A stretch of 60,057 bases of DNA, counting the filler, from Bipalium vagum (lineage: Eukaryota), in assembly GCA_037834085.1 (NCBI GenBank). It is 3 parts of 3 records of this genome, joined end to end, with 100 filler letters (N's around TTAATTAATTAA, not from the genome) between each part and the next. Parts side by side here need not be neighbours in the genome. Positions count along the whole stretch, not along the records: positions 1 to 19,092 come from JBBMKC010010715.1; 2 more parts are not named here. One strand, 5' to 3'. A program made the position numbers and the translations under genes. The first letter of the stretch is position 1. Every line of letters begins with the position of its first letter. The notes below the pieces were generated by a model that saw only the letters and a program-made list of their open reading frames with translations, searched no databases and was not told the DNA's origin. This document shows positions 1 to 13,281 of this stretch, one piece after another.

Positions 1-30
1 TTTGTTATTCTTGTAATTGAATATATTGAA

Positions 31-64
31 TAAAAACGCTAATGACTTTTGACTCAACCTGGTA
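31..64 (+). mobile_element. 3' terminal inverted repeat of a mariner element (body upstream of window)
   Basis: Reverse complement TACCAGGTTGAGTCAAAAGTCATTAGCGTTTTT resembles mariner TIRs of the TTAGGTTGGTGCAAAAGTAATTGCGGTTTT type; ends at TA. Confidence 0.45.
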
Positions 65-372
65 TATATATAATTATTTTATATAATAATTTTAATAATT
101 TTATTTATATAATTATTTTTCAAATTTCAACAAAATTTGTTAAAAAATAATAATAATTTTAAAAATAATTATTTATTTAGAAAAAAATAACTTCATTTAA
201 TTAATTAAATTTCTTAATTAGTTGCTTAAATTTTCTCATGACTAATATGAGCATTTGTCTTTAATGAAATTCACCTCTGAAGGACTTTGAATTTTGAAGT
301 ACTATGACTTTTAATGATAATTGAAAAGGGTTAGTGGGCTTGGTTTCAATTTCTTTAAAAATAAATTTAAAG

Positions 373-1420
373 TGAAAGTGCTATAAGAGAGACTTTTAAT
401 CGATTTTGTGAGATTGGCTTTGTGGAAGATCGTTAACATTCTGGAAGACCAAGGCTGATCACTGAAAATGAAGTTCAGAAAATGAGTGAAGTTATTGAAA
501 GTGATCCAAAATGCAGTGTTCGATCTGTTGCAAACACTTGCTTCATTTAGCGAACAACAACCCATCGAATTATGAGAAAAGAGTTACAATTGAAAACCTT
601 TAAAGTCCATTTTATGCAGGAATTACATGAAGATGATTTGCAAGACAGGGTTGAGATGTGCAAAACCCTGGTCCCAATGTTAGAAAATGTGGATATTCAG
701 GAAAATATTTTCTTTTCAGATAAAGCAACGTTTTATCTAAAAGGATTAGTAAAAAAAACCTAACGTCAGATATTGGTCAGACAGTAATCCTTATGTTACT
801 TTTGAAACTGCCAGAAAATACCAGAAGATTAATGTTTGGTGTTCTTTGTCAAAAAATAAAATTATCGGTCCGTATTTCTTGGAAGATGAGACTGTTAATG
901 GCCAAAATTATCTATCAATGCTTCAAGACTATTTTATGTTTGAAGTGAGGAAAATGTACAAAGTATGGTCTCTGATATTTCTCTTGCACATTTTTCAACA
1001 AATGTACAAAGTTATCTTGATGCTCATTTTCCGAACAGGTGGATTGGAAGAGGTGATTCAATTCAATGGACTCCACGTTCACCAGATTTAATTCCTCTTG
1101 ACTTTTATTTATGGGGGCATTTAAAGAATAAGATATACAAATCTGAAATCAAAAATATTGACGATTTGAAAACCAAAATCACTGAAAAAATTAAAAGTGT
1201 TACAACAAAAACTTTGAATAGCGCATTTTTAAATATTGTAAAAAGGACGAATTTATGTATATCAGTTAATGGTGGTCATTTAGAACAATTTGTGTAAATA
1301 TTTTTATATGAAATAAAAATTAAAATATTTGTCTAAATTTTTAAAGCAAGCGATTAAAGATCTCAATCTGTTTAAGAAATATTTAAGTTCACTTTCCGCG
1401 GGCACTTATAGGACACCCTG
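373..1420 (+). mobile_element. 5'-truncated Tc1/mariner transposon, probably DD41D (rosa/Visitor-like); pseudogenised transposase, copy 1
   Basis: Fragments FFSDKATFYL, KIIGPYF, AHF...FPNRWIGRG...WTPRSPDLIPLDFYLWG across frameshifts; 3' TIR ...GGACACCCTG followed by TA; colinear with the copy at 49914-51310. DD41D spacing is inferred by restoring the deleted QQDG motif. Confidence 0.85.
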
Positions 1421-1539
1421 TACATAATATTATTACATAATGCATACCATTAGTTTTTGATAATTCATGATTATTTTTATAAAAAATCAATAAAGAATTT
1501 GTCTAAACTAGCCTGTTTTTAGATTTTCTAATACATAAC

Positions 1540-1985
1540 AGGAGCGCATAAATTAACTATTGATGAATGTACAAGAGTGATGGTAATGGCTGAACTTGGA
1601 ATAAACTATCATTTAATAAAATTATGAAGAAAGTACTTGAAACAGGTACTGTAAAAGACATAGTTAGATCAGACCAAACCTGCTTTATTCTGCAAAAGTC
1701 TCAAAATTTGGCGTCTAACATTCTCTGAATTAAAAATGGAATTTAACAATTACTAGAGTTTCTGTAACAGCAGAAACCGTGATAAATATTCTCCGTAAGT
1801 ATGAATTGCATGGCTGTGGGGCTGTCAGAGACTAATCGCATAAAGATGTTAGCTTTCGCTCTCGACCACTTGTCATGGACGGTAGACTAATGGAAGTACA
1901 TTCTTTGGAGTGGTGAAAGCTCATATAAATTATTTTGTGGAGCTAAATGCAACTATGTATGAAGTAGAAAAAATGAAAATTTTGT
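1540..1985 (+). mobile_element. Tc1-family transposase relic (N-terminal half)
   Basis: Translates to KKVLETGTVKDIVRS, VTAETVINILRKYELHG and LAFALDHLSWTVD*WKYILWSGESSY, matching Tc1 ETG..DxxRSGRP and WxxVLWSDESKF motifs, with stops and deletions. Confidence 0.7.
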
Positions 1986-2024
1986 TTAAATATGTCATAT
2001 AATTTTCTAGGTTACGCATTTGAA

Positions 2025-3032
2025 ATGAATGTAAAAAAGACCCATTTCAAACATTTATTACTTTCTTATTTCCGAAAAGGTAAAAATGCAAATGAAGAAA
2101 GGAAAATGATAGACGTTTATAAAGGTAATGTTTTGTCAATTCACCAATGTCAATACTGATTTCAAATATTTTGTTCCAGTAATTTCGATCTTGAAGACTC
2201 ATCACTTAGTGCTAGACTATTCAAGGCTAATGTAAGTAAAGTAATGGCATTTGTAGAAGAAAACAGATATTTATGACTCGAGAGATTGCTACAACATTTA
2301 TTTTATCAAATCCAGCTTTCATAACCGTTTGAAAAAGATGGGTATTGTTTAAAAGCTGAATATATGGGTACCTCAATTTCTTAAAGAACGAGATTTCGTG
2401 TTTCGCATTGATATTTGTGATTTGCTTCTACAACGTCAGAATAATGATCCATTTTTATCCATATAGGAATCGGTGACTAGAAATAAATTATATACAACAA
2501 TGTAAAACGGAAACGATCATGGTGCGCAGAAGATAAGTTATGCTCGGTTGGGTTGGATTTTAAAAGAATAATTTACTTTGATCTTCTGACGAACAATACC
2601 ACAATAGATTCGATAGTGTACTGCAATCAATCGAACAAATTGAATGAAACTATAAAGCAAAGAAGACCAGAATTGATTAACAGAAAGGGTGTGATATTCA
2701 AGCAGGATTATGCCCAACCTCTTTGTACACTGATCAGAAGCTGTTGCCACATCCACCATATTCACCATCTGATTATTACTTCTTTTGGAACTTAAAAAAT
2801 GTTTTAGATAGTAAAAATGTCAGTGTCAATGAGAAGGTAAAAATCACTTAAATGAGTTTTCGCGAGTAAGGATATAACCTTCTGTGAACGTAGAATTCTA
2901 CAACTCCCCAAAAGATGGCAAACCTTGTTGGACAAAAATCGTCAATATGTAATTGGTTAAAATATATGTTTATCACAAAATAATTTGACTTTGGCTTTTA
3001 TAAAAAAACGCAATTACTTTTCGAACAATCTA
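2025..3032 (+). mobile_element. Degenerate mariner (DD34D) element
   Basis: MNVKKTHFKHLLLSYFRKGKNA start, WVP motif, IGD*K*IIYNNVKRKRSW, IKQRRPELINRKGVIFKQD, C-terminal LPKRWQ..GQYVIG*; 3' TIR AAAAACGCAATTACTTTTCGAACAATCTAA. Confidence 0.85.
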
Positions 3033-4379
3033 AAAAATAATCTTTTTAAAATGTCTTCTCTGACTAACAAGGCTAAGCCAATCAGTTCCAGTTCTGATAC
3101 CCATCGGTCTGAATGGTTAGGAAGAATTATTTATTTAACCATCTTTCGGAACAAGGAAGCACATTAAAGAGAAGAAAAGATAAAGTGAAACTCATTAGGA
3201 TAATTGTGACTAAAAATTTTTGTTTCATGGAAATCGTTTATGAGAAAGGTATTATCAGATTTGTAATGTGTTGACACATTCTGGAGTAGTGATTTGACTA
3301 CTGATAGTTTCACAGGAATGTAAATGACGTTTGCGGCTTCCTTTGAAACATTTATTGATTGACATAGTTTTGGTAATATGATTATCGATTCAATAAAAGT
3401 TTTATATTTACAAACTTATTTATTTCATTGCGCAAATAGTAAATCTAACACTGAACCAAACTATAAGATTTTGGAGTCAGATATTAACTAGCTTGATTAT
3501 TATTCACAAAATCCTAATGATCACTGCTTTGCCTTTGTATTTTTATGTTGGTTCAATGTATATTTGTGTGATTTCCATGTCACGAAAAATTCCTATGAGT
3601 AAAATAAAAAATATATACATCATAATTGTGAAAAATTTGAAACGTAATTTGCGCTTAACATTATTTGAATAATAAAGTAAAAATAGATTCTCAAGCACAA
3701 TTATTTTTTGCTCAATAGACGAAGGCCGTGATATTTTCCTATTATTATTTCGCTTTAATTTGTTGTTATTATATTATTATTATATTTTAATTAATTAAAA
3801 ATATCAAAATTTCAGACTTGTTACTGTTCAAATAAAAGCATGACTTAATGAATGTGTCTATATTCTAATGACTTCAGAGATGATTTAGTCTCTCAAGTAT
3901 GGAAATCTCGAATTATGAAACGATCCAGATAGTGTCAGATCATTTACTACGGGTGCCGACGATATTCTACTATTGCTATCTAAGAAAATCATTGTCAGAT
4001 TATGGACAAATGAATTAATTTCTTGTCTTTAAAAATCGGTTAAATAAACAATAGGGACTTGGAATAATAGATTTTTACTAATTAGAACAGTGGAAGAATG
4101 AAGAGTTTTTGGATTATGTAATAACTTATTGAGAGGAGTAAATAATGTAGGCTGATTCAATCAATGGAATCAATGGTTTCAAAAAAACGGCATAACTTCA
4201 CTAAAAGGTCAATAATTTATGAAGAAAAATAGAATACAGAAACTATCTAAGAGTTACGCAGATAGAAAATAATTATTGACTCGCATCTTGCAGGAAAATA
4301 TATATATCAATGATTTCGGAGATGATTAAATAAAAATCAAATAATAATAAAATATCTTTTAAAGAAAAATTGAAAAAAT

Positions 4380-4640
4380 AAGGAAGACTGTTATACCCAA
4401 AAAAATAACATCCGAGCAAGAAAGTATAATATTCAAATGGATTGACGAAGACTGATCAATTTCATTAAATAAAATTTCAACAAGGTGTGAAAAAAAATCA
4501 TAGAAATTCGGTTTAATAATGGATGACAAAAGTAAAAGAATAAAAGATTTGTTTGAAAATGGATTGAGTATTATCTTTTGATCTTCGTATCACCTTTCTT
4601 GAACGCCGTTGACTTAATGGAACTGGTGCATCAAGGAAAA
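4380..4640 (+). mobile_element. Possible highly decayed IS630/Tc1-like transposase relic
   Basis: Weak motif remnants WIDED*SISL, LIMD..KSKRIKDLF and SPFLNAVD (cf. YSPFLNPIE). Confidence 0.3.
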
Positions 4641-7600
4641 TTAATGATTACAAATGAATGCTGTTCTGGTTTCTATCTAAATATGGATTTTTACTTTCCA
4701 ATTTGCTTGACTACAGAAATTATTCATGAATAAAATATTTCTGTCTTATGATTTGTCTTTAATGATATAAAAGGCTGAGCTAAAAGTAATGGTTATTATG
4801 ACTTAACGGCGAAGGTTGCTTTTATTATTGATATTAAAACTTTTAAATATTAAAGTTAAACAAAATCGAATGCAAGTAACCAAGTCAAATTCTAATTTTC
4901 AAAATTATATTTTTTAATAAATAGGAACTTTATTTTACAAATGCGGATGATCGTCCTTGATGGATTTTTTAAAGCTTTTTATTTTATCCTCTCGCTCTTA
5001 GGTTCAGATGTCCTCAATAAAGAAAAACAATTAACTCATCGCCCTATTTAGCGTGTGAGTTAAGAACAAAAACAAAAACGGAAATGAATGAACTGATATT
5101 GTATGGAGTAATGAGGATTGAGTTTTAGTATAAAATCTTGTGAATTTTGGTAAAATGACTGTACAATGGATTACTTTTGAAATAAATCAATATATAACAA
5201 TACCGGTTTCTATTGTCCTAATAAATAATTAAATAAAATCATCTTTAAAGAAAATTGCACGAAATTCTGATACTTTAAAAATTTTTAAATCGTTTTGAAC
5301 TCCACGAACACAGCGAAAATATATGAGTTTCAGACAATATTTCAATAAATAATCTTGAAGCATTTTGAGACTTTAATCGGTAATGTTGCAACTTACGTTC
5401 GTAAATTTTAATAAAAATAATTTTAAATGTAAAACCAAATTTTTATTACACAAAGTATATCACTACTATCAATAATTAAGCACATTTTATTGGGTGTTGA
5501 AAAGATAGACAGAAAACTGTTTATAAATAATCTCGATGTGCAAATAACCATATTGAAAAATTACGAGGAATTAACTCACAAAAATTTGAATTTAAATTTA
5601 AAATTATGGATTTACAAACGTTAACTGCGACATTTACATTAATTTTTTTACATTTCCCTTTCGTATCACTAATAATTAATAATTAATGATTATTTGATTC
5701 TAAAATTTCAAAACGTCAATTTAAAATTTTAGTTTTAAGTGAAAAAATTATAATTATTGATTAAAGTTTTATAAACGATTAATTAAGTTTTTTCAGAAAT
5801 TTATTAAAAATTTTGTTGAGATTTAAAATTTACAAAAGTAAAATAAATTAATATTGGTGCGATTATATTTTTGGAATTTTGTAAAAAAATTCAATGAAAA
5901 AACATTGCAAAATTTAGAAAAAAATTTAAATGATTTACTTTGTTTAAATATTATCTTTGTGACGGTCAAAAGATTTATAAAAAATACCGAAAAAATCAAA
6001 TCAACCAATAATTGAAATTTTACAATTTTGACATTCCAGTTATATTTGAAGTTTTTCTTTTTTTGTTCAACATATTATGTAACCAAGTAACTTTCTTTAC
6101 GAAATATTGTAACACGATAACTTCTTTTACCACTAGATAAGATCAACTATAAAAATGTGATCCATGGCTTCGATACACTTATCATTAATTGGTTTTAATA
6201 ATTTACGGTTTTAAATAACATACAAATGCAAAATAATAAGATTTATTAATATACGCGTCGAGTAGGACAGTCTTTTTACTGAAAATTTTTAATTTGTACA
6301 GTAAGATAAGCTGAAAGAAATGCAATTTTAAGACAATAAGGACGATAAATGTAGCGATAATTAGATAAAATTTTTACGACAATTATCTTAACAGAGGGCT
6401 GAAATTTGATTAAAATTCTGTAGCTTTGTTTCAGTATATTAATTTAAACATTTTTTAATATGAAACATTAAATAATGATTGTTTCCAGTCCTCTTTCGAG
6501 TCTTGATATATTCCTATGATATAGATCTGTTAATAAGTGGTTTATTTTCAAGCATTTTTGGAACTAGGAAATGATAATGCTGTGTTGGGAAAATGTGGTG
6601 ATCTATCACTTAGGTAATTAAAATCCCTTGGAAATTTCTATAAAGAGCGAACGTTAAGAATCACAGTTTTCAAAATGAGATGACATCTTTAAAATATTAT
6701 CCTATAATCTTTTTCCGTTCATGTGCCATACGATTTTCTTCATTCATTAAAGGATATTGTGCTCATTTGAAATTTCTTGTTGAACAAAACCTCATCTGAC
6801 AGACAAAGATTAAATTGATATTTCACTAAAATCTATTTTAATAAAAAATCTTAAACTTTTCAGATAAATTATTGATTAATTATTTGTTAATTACAAATGC
6901 TTATTCGAGGGGTTTTAACTCAAATGAGATCAAAAAAGTTCACGAGGGCGTCTCATAACAAAAACTGATTAATAATATTACAATTAAAATTATGGTTCCG
7001 TAAATATTTTAATAATAATATGTAAAAGGAAAAAAGAAGTTTTGCTATTTAATTGTTCTGAGACAATTAAAAATAATTGAAGTGGTTTAAATTTTCGAGA
7101 AATTTGGCAGATTTTTGATTAAATAACCTGTTAAAAGAAAAGGATTTGTCATTTCCTAAAGATTAGAGCTCTGATGAAGCTCACAATTATATTAATTTTT
7201 TAATCCAATGAGAAAAACATTTAATAAAAGTGATGGAATCAAACAAATTTTGTAAAAGATATGCGTATTTAGAAAGGTTGTGGTGAATTTCTCACATAAT
7301 CGGTTTGTTTCTTTTCATTTTTCAAAGTTTATTATTTTTCCTTTGCAGAAATATTTCTTTTTATTTCTTCATACCACCGGTTATACAATGACCGTCATAT
7401 ATCGTTTCAGCTTTTAACTATTTTTCTGAGAAAATTGGCTTATTGGTTTATTAAGGACTTTGAAACAGAATAATTTATTTTAATAATTTTGGAAAAATGA
7501 GAAACGTCAAATTTAATTTAACAATGAAAAAAAAATGTTTGGTTCAAATTTAATTTCAATATTTTACTTTATATTGATTTAAACAAAATTTTGAAAGATA

Positions 7601-8699
7601 TAAAAAAACCCAATATTTTAATTCAGCATATATGTAAAAATAGAGGTAAATTTTTAAAAAAAAAATTAAATTATTTCTCTTTTTTATTTTAGTTGTTGAA
7701 TATAAGAAATTCTAATTTAATTATAAATTTAATATTCTTTAAAAAAGAATATTATTAATTAGACGAGAGTGATGTAATTAATTTAGGGTTAATTTTGCTT
7801 AATTTTTCCCTTATATATTATTTTAGATTTTCATTACTCGCTTGAATTATTCTTTTATTTAATTAGAGCTTGGATATTTTCATATATTAAATGGGTTTAA
7901 AATCAATTATAAGCTCAAGAAAAATTTAATCTTATTAAAACTAAATATTTTGAGATTTATAAAAAAATAGTAGAAAATATATTTCTGCATAAAATTTATC
8001 AAGAATACTCTCCATACATTGTAGAATGTGATAATTTTCCTTTTTGACTATAAGTTACAAATATGATTTCCAAGAGTCACTTTATCTTCATAATAACGTA
8101 GATCGCTAAGGTCTTTTATTAATTGGTTAAGAATCTAAAATATTTTCAATCTGATTAGTTTTGAGAAATTGATTTGCTTACCTTTCTCCTTTCAAAAAGG
8201 TTCTTTAAAATTACGATACTCTTTTCCTTTAGAATATAAGTAACATTTTAAAATTTTTAATCCTTTAATTTTTAATTTTTTAATTTAAAATCCCGACGTG
8301 CCAGAGCAAAACTGATAGTAATTTTAAAATTAACATCAAAAACTGAACTAAGAAAATATGATTTTATTTTTGATGAGAAATAATATTTTTCTACTGACCA
8401 GTGTTATCAGTTGAAAAGAAATGAAGGTTTTCTCATTTTTGACCTGTTTATACATATATGAAACCTTTGTAGCCAAAAGTGTTTCAATATTTGAATGTTG
8501 ATTTATTAATATTATTTGTTTATATTTGTAATATTTGGTGTCTTTACAAATAAGTTTTAAAGCGTTTTCATTAAATATATTTCTTCAATTCAATCTTGAA
8601 TGCTAATTATGTTTTTTGCAAATTTTTTTTATTTGAACAATTATATTGATTTGTTTTATTAATATTTTTAATAATCTAAATTTAAGCGCAATATTTTAG

Positions 8700-9050
8700 A
8701 TATGGAAAAATGTCCAAATTATGGAAAGGGATTACCTCATACATTGAGACAGAAAAATAAAGATGAACTTACTAAACAGCATAGAAAATCATTCTGATGG
8801 AAAATGGTTAGTGGTGACGAGACATGGATCCATTACAAAAATCTTAAAAGATTAACAAATTGTGTAGATTTAAGTCAATCAACAGAATGAATATCGAAAC
8901 GCCAAATTCATTGCAAAAAGCTTATGTTATGTATCTGGGAGATATCATTGGCGTGATGTATCATGAACTGCTCTAACCGGCTGAAGCTGTTAACTGTTAT
9001 CTCTTTAAAGCCTAGTTGCAGCGATTGAATGAACAAATTCATCTAAAACG
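8700..9050 (+). mobile_element. Mariner (Mos1-like) transposase central fragment
   Basis: SGDETWIHYKNLKR..IHCKKLMLCIW..GVMYHELL*PAEAVN resembles Mos1 TGDEKWI..KKTMLCVWWD..GVIYYELLKPGETVN. Confidence 0.7.
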
Positions 9051-9114
9051 TATATTTATTTATATGGATATCACAAATTGTAGGTCACCTTTCAATCCCT
9101 CTTTCTATCAATCT

Positions 9115-9450
9115 ATATGGGACCCATTTTCTAAATTTCCAAATCATTCCCATATTTCTCAGATGTTGGGAAATGCATTCTTGGGTCATATTTAACATTA
9201 TGAACAATTCGGTTTGTGTTTCACATGGGTTTTCGTGTAGTAATTGTGCTTATTTTTCATCTTCAAACACTTTTTGTGGTCTACTATGATCTTTGTCCAT
9301 AATGTCGTAATCTTCATTACTGAATCGACAAAACTATTCTTTGCATATTGTTGGGGAAGGAACAAATTGCCGTAAGCTTCTACCAACAAGCCATGTTTTT
9401 CTACACAGCTTTTCTTTGCAAAAAAGTAATGGGACATTACTTCCTGCTTA
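9115..9450 (-). mobile_element. Mariner (Mos1-like) transposase N-terminal fragment
   Basis: HYFFAKKSCVEKHGLLVEAYG..DKDHSRPQKVFEDEK..HENPCETQTEL..ISQHLRNMGMIWKFRKWVP with frameshifts. Confidence 0.75.
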
Positions 9451-10216
9451 CTTAAAGTAACTCTTACGTCTTCCTAGCTTTATCAACAGGAGCACAGTCT
9501 TGTAGGAGTGGATTCATCCTCACACCACTTATTTCGTGGTATCCAAGGCTTTATAACCACAACTAACACGCCGATATATAGGTATCAGTATCCACTTTGA
9601 GACTAAGTTGGGAAAAGTGAAGTGGTATTATCAGAAATTCTTCATTTTGCATGCAGTCAGATTGTTTAATGGGACACTTACTTTTGACATTAAATATATG
9701 TCATTTGTTTCGGTGAAAAAAAAAAATAAAAATTAAAAAAAAACTAATAAAAATTAATGCGAAGTGATTCAAGACTAATTTTCTGTGGTCATAAATCATC
9801 ACTAATATTAAATAATTCAAATTTGATTAATCTATTTTATTGTTAATTTAGCTTATTTAAACAAAAATAATAGTGAATTTTCAAATAATCATCTATTAAT
9901 ATAACTTTGAAAATGTTCTGGATTTATCTCGACTACCCTACATATCTCAAATTCCTTCGATTTTAAAATAAAAGGAATATGATTGCATAATAATTTTTAT
10001 TGATTTGTTTGTAATTTTTTTAATATCATTTTTTGATAATTCTGTTATTATACTTAAACGAATTAAAAATGATGCAATTTAATAAACTAGAAAACCATTT
10101 ATAAGCAATGAAGACTAAATAAAGAAATATTATATAAAAATATATCCACCTTAAGGAATCTGAAACCTTTCACTAGATTTCATAGGGGTCCGTATCAAAT
10201 GGGCATCCTTAAAAGT

Positions 10217-10257
10217 GACCAATCAAAATTCTTTAAACAAAAATCATCTGATTGGTG
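10217..10257 (+). promoter_or_regulatory. Pair of CCAAT boxes upstream of the protocadherin
   Basis: GACCAATCA (CCAAT 10219-10223) and CTGATTGGT (ATTGG 10251-10255), 32 bp apart and ~230-260 bp before the ATG. Confidence 0.4.
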
Positions 10258-10482
10258 GTTTGTAATAATTCTGTGTAAAAAAAATTGCGTAATATAATTT
10301 ATTATTAAATCTTCACCAAAACCATATGCTGCGACTTCTGATATTTCATATGATAGAATCTAAAGAGTATCATATTCCTTCAATATCTTTGTCAATGAAA
10401 GATCAAAGTTCACAATGAAATACTTAATTCATATTCATATATCATGATACTTCCGAACTATTAAAGTGGAATCAATGTTTTC

Positions 10483-13281
10483 ATGTGGATTGTAGTGATT
10501 CTAGCTGTTATGGACTTTTTATCATCGTCTCAAGGAATTGTAACGGATATTACATTTAAGTTAGTCGAAAACTGCTCCATAGGCACAATAGTGGGAAACA
10601 TCAATTTATCCGCTGATTTATATATATTGAAGACTATAGAGTTGAGATTGGAAAACTCTGACTATTTCGATGATATGAGTTCTATATCAGAGATCCGATA
10701 TGGTAAATCATCGAAAAAGCTTTTTAAGATCAACGATGTCACGGGTGATTTGGTGACAATATCGGAAATCGACCGAGAAACCCTATGCCAATTAAACATT
10801 CTGAAAAAAATAGAAAATTGTACAATTTTACAAGTTGTCTCTGTAAATAAAGTGATATGGATAAATATCAACATAGAAATCATTGACATCAATGATAATG
10901 CTCCCGAATTTAGAATGAAACAAATTACTTTAACTGTTAGTGAAATATCTAAAGTGAAGATAGCAATAAATTTGGAAGAGCCCATTGATTTCGATTCGGA
11001 ACAATTCCGACCCATCCAATATTCAATTCTGCTGAAATCTGTAAATCCCTTTCCTTTTGAATTGTTACAAAACCCTTTGAAGCTATTGCTTATTCAACCT
11101 TTAGATTACGAAACTGTCCAGTCGTATACGATGATTATTGAAGCATGTGATAATGGAAAGCCACCGTTATGTAACAATCAGACTGTTATTATTAAAGTTA
11201 TTAATGAAAATGACGAATCCCCCATGTTTGATAGATCAAATTATACGGCAATTATCAATGAAGATGCTCCCGTAGGACAGTTGGTTATGTCTCCAACAGC
11301 ATCTGATAAAGATGCCGGGGATTATGGAAAGTTGGAGTACAGTTTTAGTTCGGGATATGAGGAAGTGAAAAAGTACTTTTCCATTGATAAAAATAATGGG
11401 AAAATAAAAACCATAAGACATTTTAATTATCCAACGAAATATAAGTTTTCCATTAAGGCCACAGATAAAGCACCTAATCCTTTGATCGGCAGAACTTGGA
11501 TCATACTCCATGTTGTAGATGTAAACAATAACAATCCCCTCATTCTTGTAAATCCCAAAGATTCTCTTCTGATCTCCAAAACCCACAATCACACGAAAAT
11601 TGAAATAGTTGAAAATAATAAAACCCCCTGTCAGTTGGCATATATAACAGTATCCGATCAAGATCAAGGTGAAAATGCTCGTTGTTCCTGTCAGATCGAA
11701 ACGACCCCTGACAGTGAATATGCAAAATTTTTCAAACTGGTAAACGTCATTGAAATGAGTGAAAGAAGTATTTACAAACTTGTTACCGAAAAATCGTTTG
11801 ATGCTGAAGAAAAACAAACTTATGTAATACTGATCCTGTGTTTTGATTACGGCGAGCCTCAGAACTCAGCCAGAACGACGATTGAACTGTTCATCAAAGA
11901 CGAAAACGAATATCCTCCTACGTTTGACCAAAATATTTACGAACTGTACATTCCTGAAAATATGGAGCCAGGAAGTATAGTGAAAACCATTAACATACAT
12001 GACCGAGACCTGACAAAGTCTAATGTTTTCGATTTGACAGTTCCCGGTTCCATGTTTTTCGGTATAAACAATTCCGGAATACTTCATACCAAGGCCATAT
12101 TCGATTATGAGAAGCAGCAAAAGTTATCTTTTCACATTGTTGCCATAAACCGCGGCATAAAGTCTTTTACTTCATCTGCCAAAGTGCTCCTGTCCATTCT
12201 TGACGTAAACGATAACGCACCGGAATTTTCGGTAGCGTCCAACAAGTTCGATGTACAGGAGAATATAAAGGGGCGCTATGTGGTCGGTAAAATTGAGGCG
12301 TTTGACAGAGACAGTGGTAAAAATTCCAAACTGAATTATTATTTGCTCAATGTAACATCTGGGAACAATCTCAAAACTCACCCTTTGCAGAAATTCGAGG
12401 TGGATAATGAAACTGGCGTTATTTATTCCAACGTCTCACTGGATTATGAGGAATGTAACTTGTATGTGATCACTGTCAAAGTGATCGACAACGGAGAACC
12501 GGCTCTAAGCAGTGTCCAAACGTTTTACATATATGTAACAGACGTCAATGACAATGGGCCTGTTTGGCAATATCCGAATATCCGTGATAATATACTGAAC
12601 ATATCTTTGCAAAATATACGGGATTCGGTATTGACAAGAGTGAGAGCGGTCGACAGTGACAGTGACAAGTACAATGTTGTCCATTACTATTTGCTGAGCC
12701 ACAACAACGTTTTCAATATAAATCAGTTCACCGGGGTCATCACCTTCAAGAGCCTGAGTGTGAAGCCCAGTCAAATGACTCTCCATTTGAAAGCGGTCGA
12801 CGCTGATTCCAAATCCATTTATAGTTCGCAAATCCTCATCGTTTACATCATGGACGATGGGAAATACTTTCTCCAAATCTCACTTTCATCCTCTCTTACA
12901 TTTCCAGTTATGATTTCTATCATCGGAATTTCTTCATTAGTATCAATTATTTTAGTAATTTTTGTTTTTTATTTTTGTTATCGAAAAAAATATATGTATA
13001 GAAATTATAATCAATCTTCTGCGGTCGATAACTGTCGACTCGAAGACAAAACTAAAGTCAAGTTTCACCAAGAAAAACAAAAAAAAATTGACATACCTTT
13101 AGATTTAGTTACTGATAACGATGCATTTAACTTAAATATCATTGAAGATTCAATGAAACTCATTCTCGACCCTCTCTATACTAATACCAGCTCATCTTGT
13201 AAAGGTTTTAATCCAAACGAAGATAGTCTCAAAACACAATCTATGTTCTATAAATTGGAAGGGGACGGCTTCTTGACTGAG
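10483..13281 (+). CDS. pcdh: Protocadherin (7 cadherin repeats), large first coding exon; downstream exon(s) not identified
   Basis: Signal peptide MWIVVILAVMDFLSSSQG; seven EC repeats with linkers DINDNAPEF, NENDESPMF, DVNNNNP, DENEYPP, DVNDNAPEF, DVNDNGP and DRE/LDYE motifs; TM FPVMISIIGISSLVSIILVIFVFYFCY; phase-0 donor GAG|GTAAGA at 13281/13282 (933 codons). The ORF continuation to 13425 is probably intron read-through. Confidence 0.93.

Noticed and set aside
10662-12876. Several minus-strand ORFs (61-193 aa) overlapping the protocadherin
   Set aside because: Antisense shadows of the real coding exon; no recognisable motifs.
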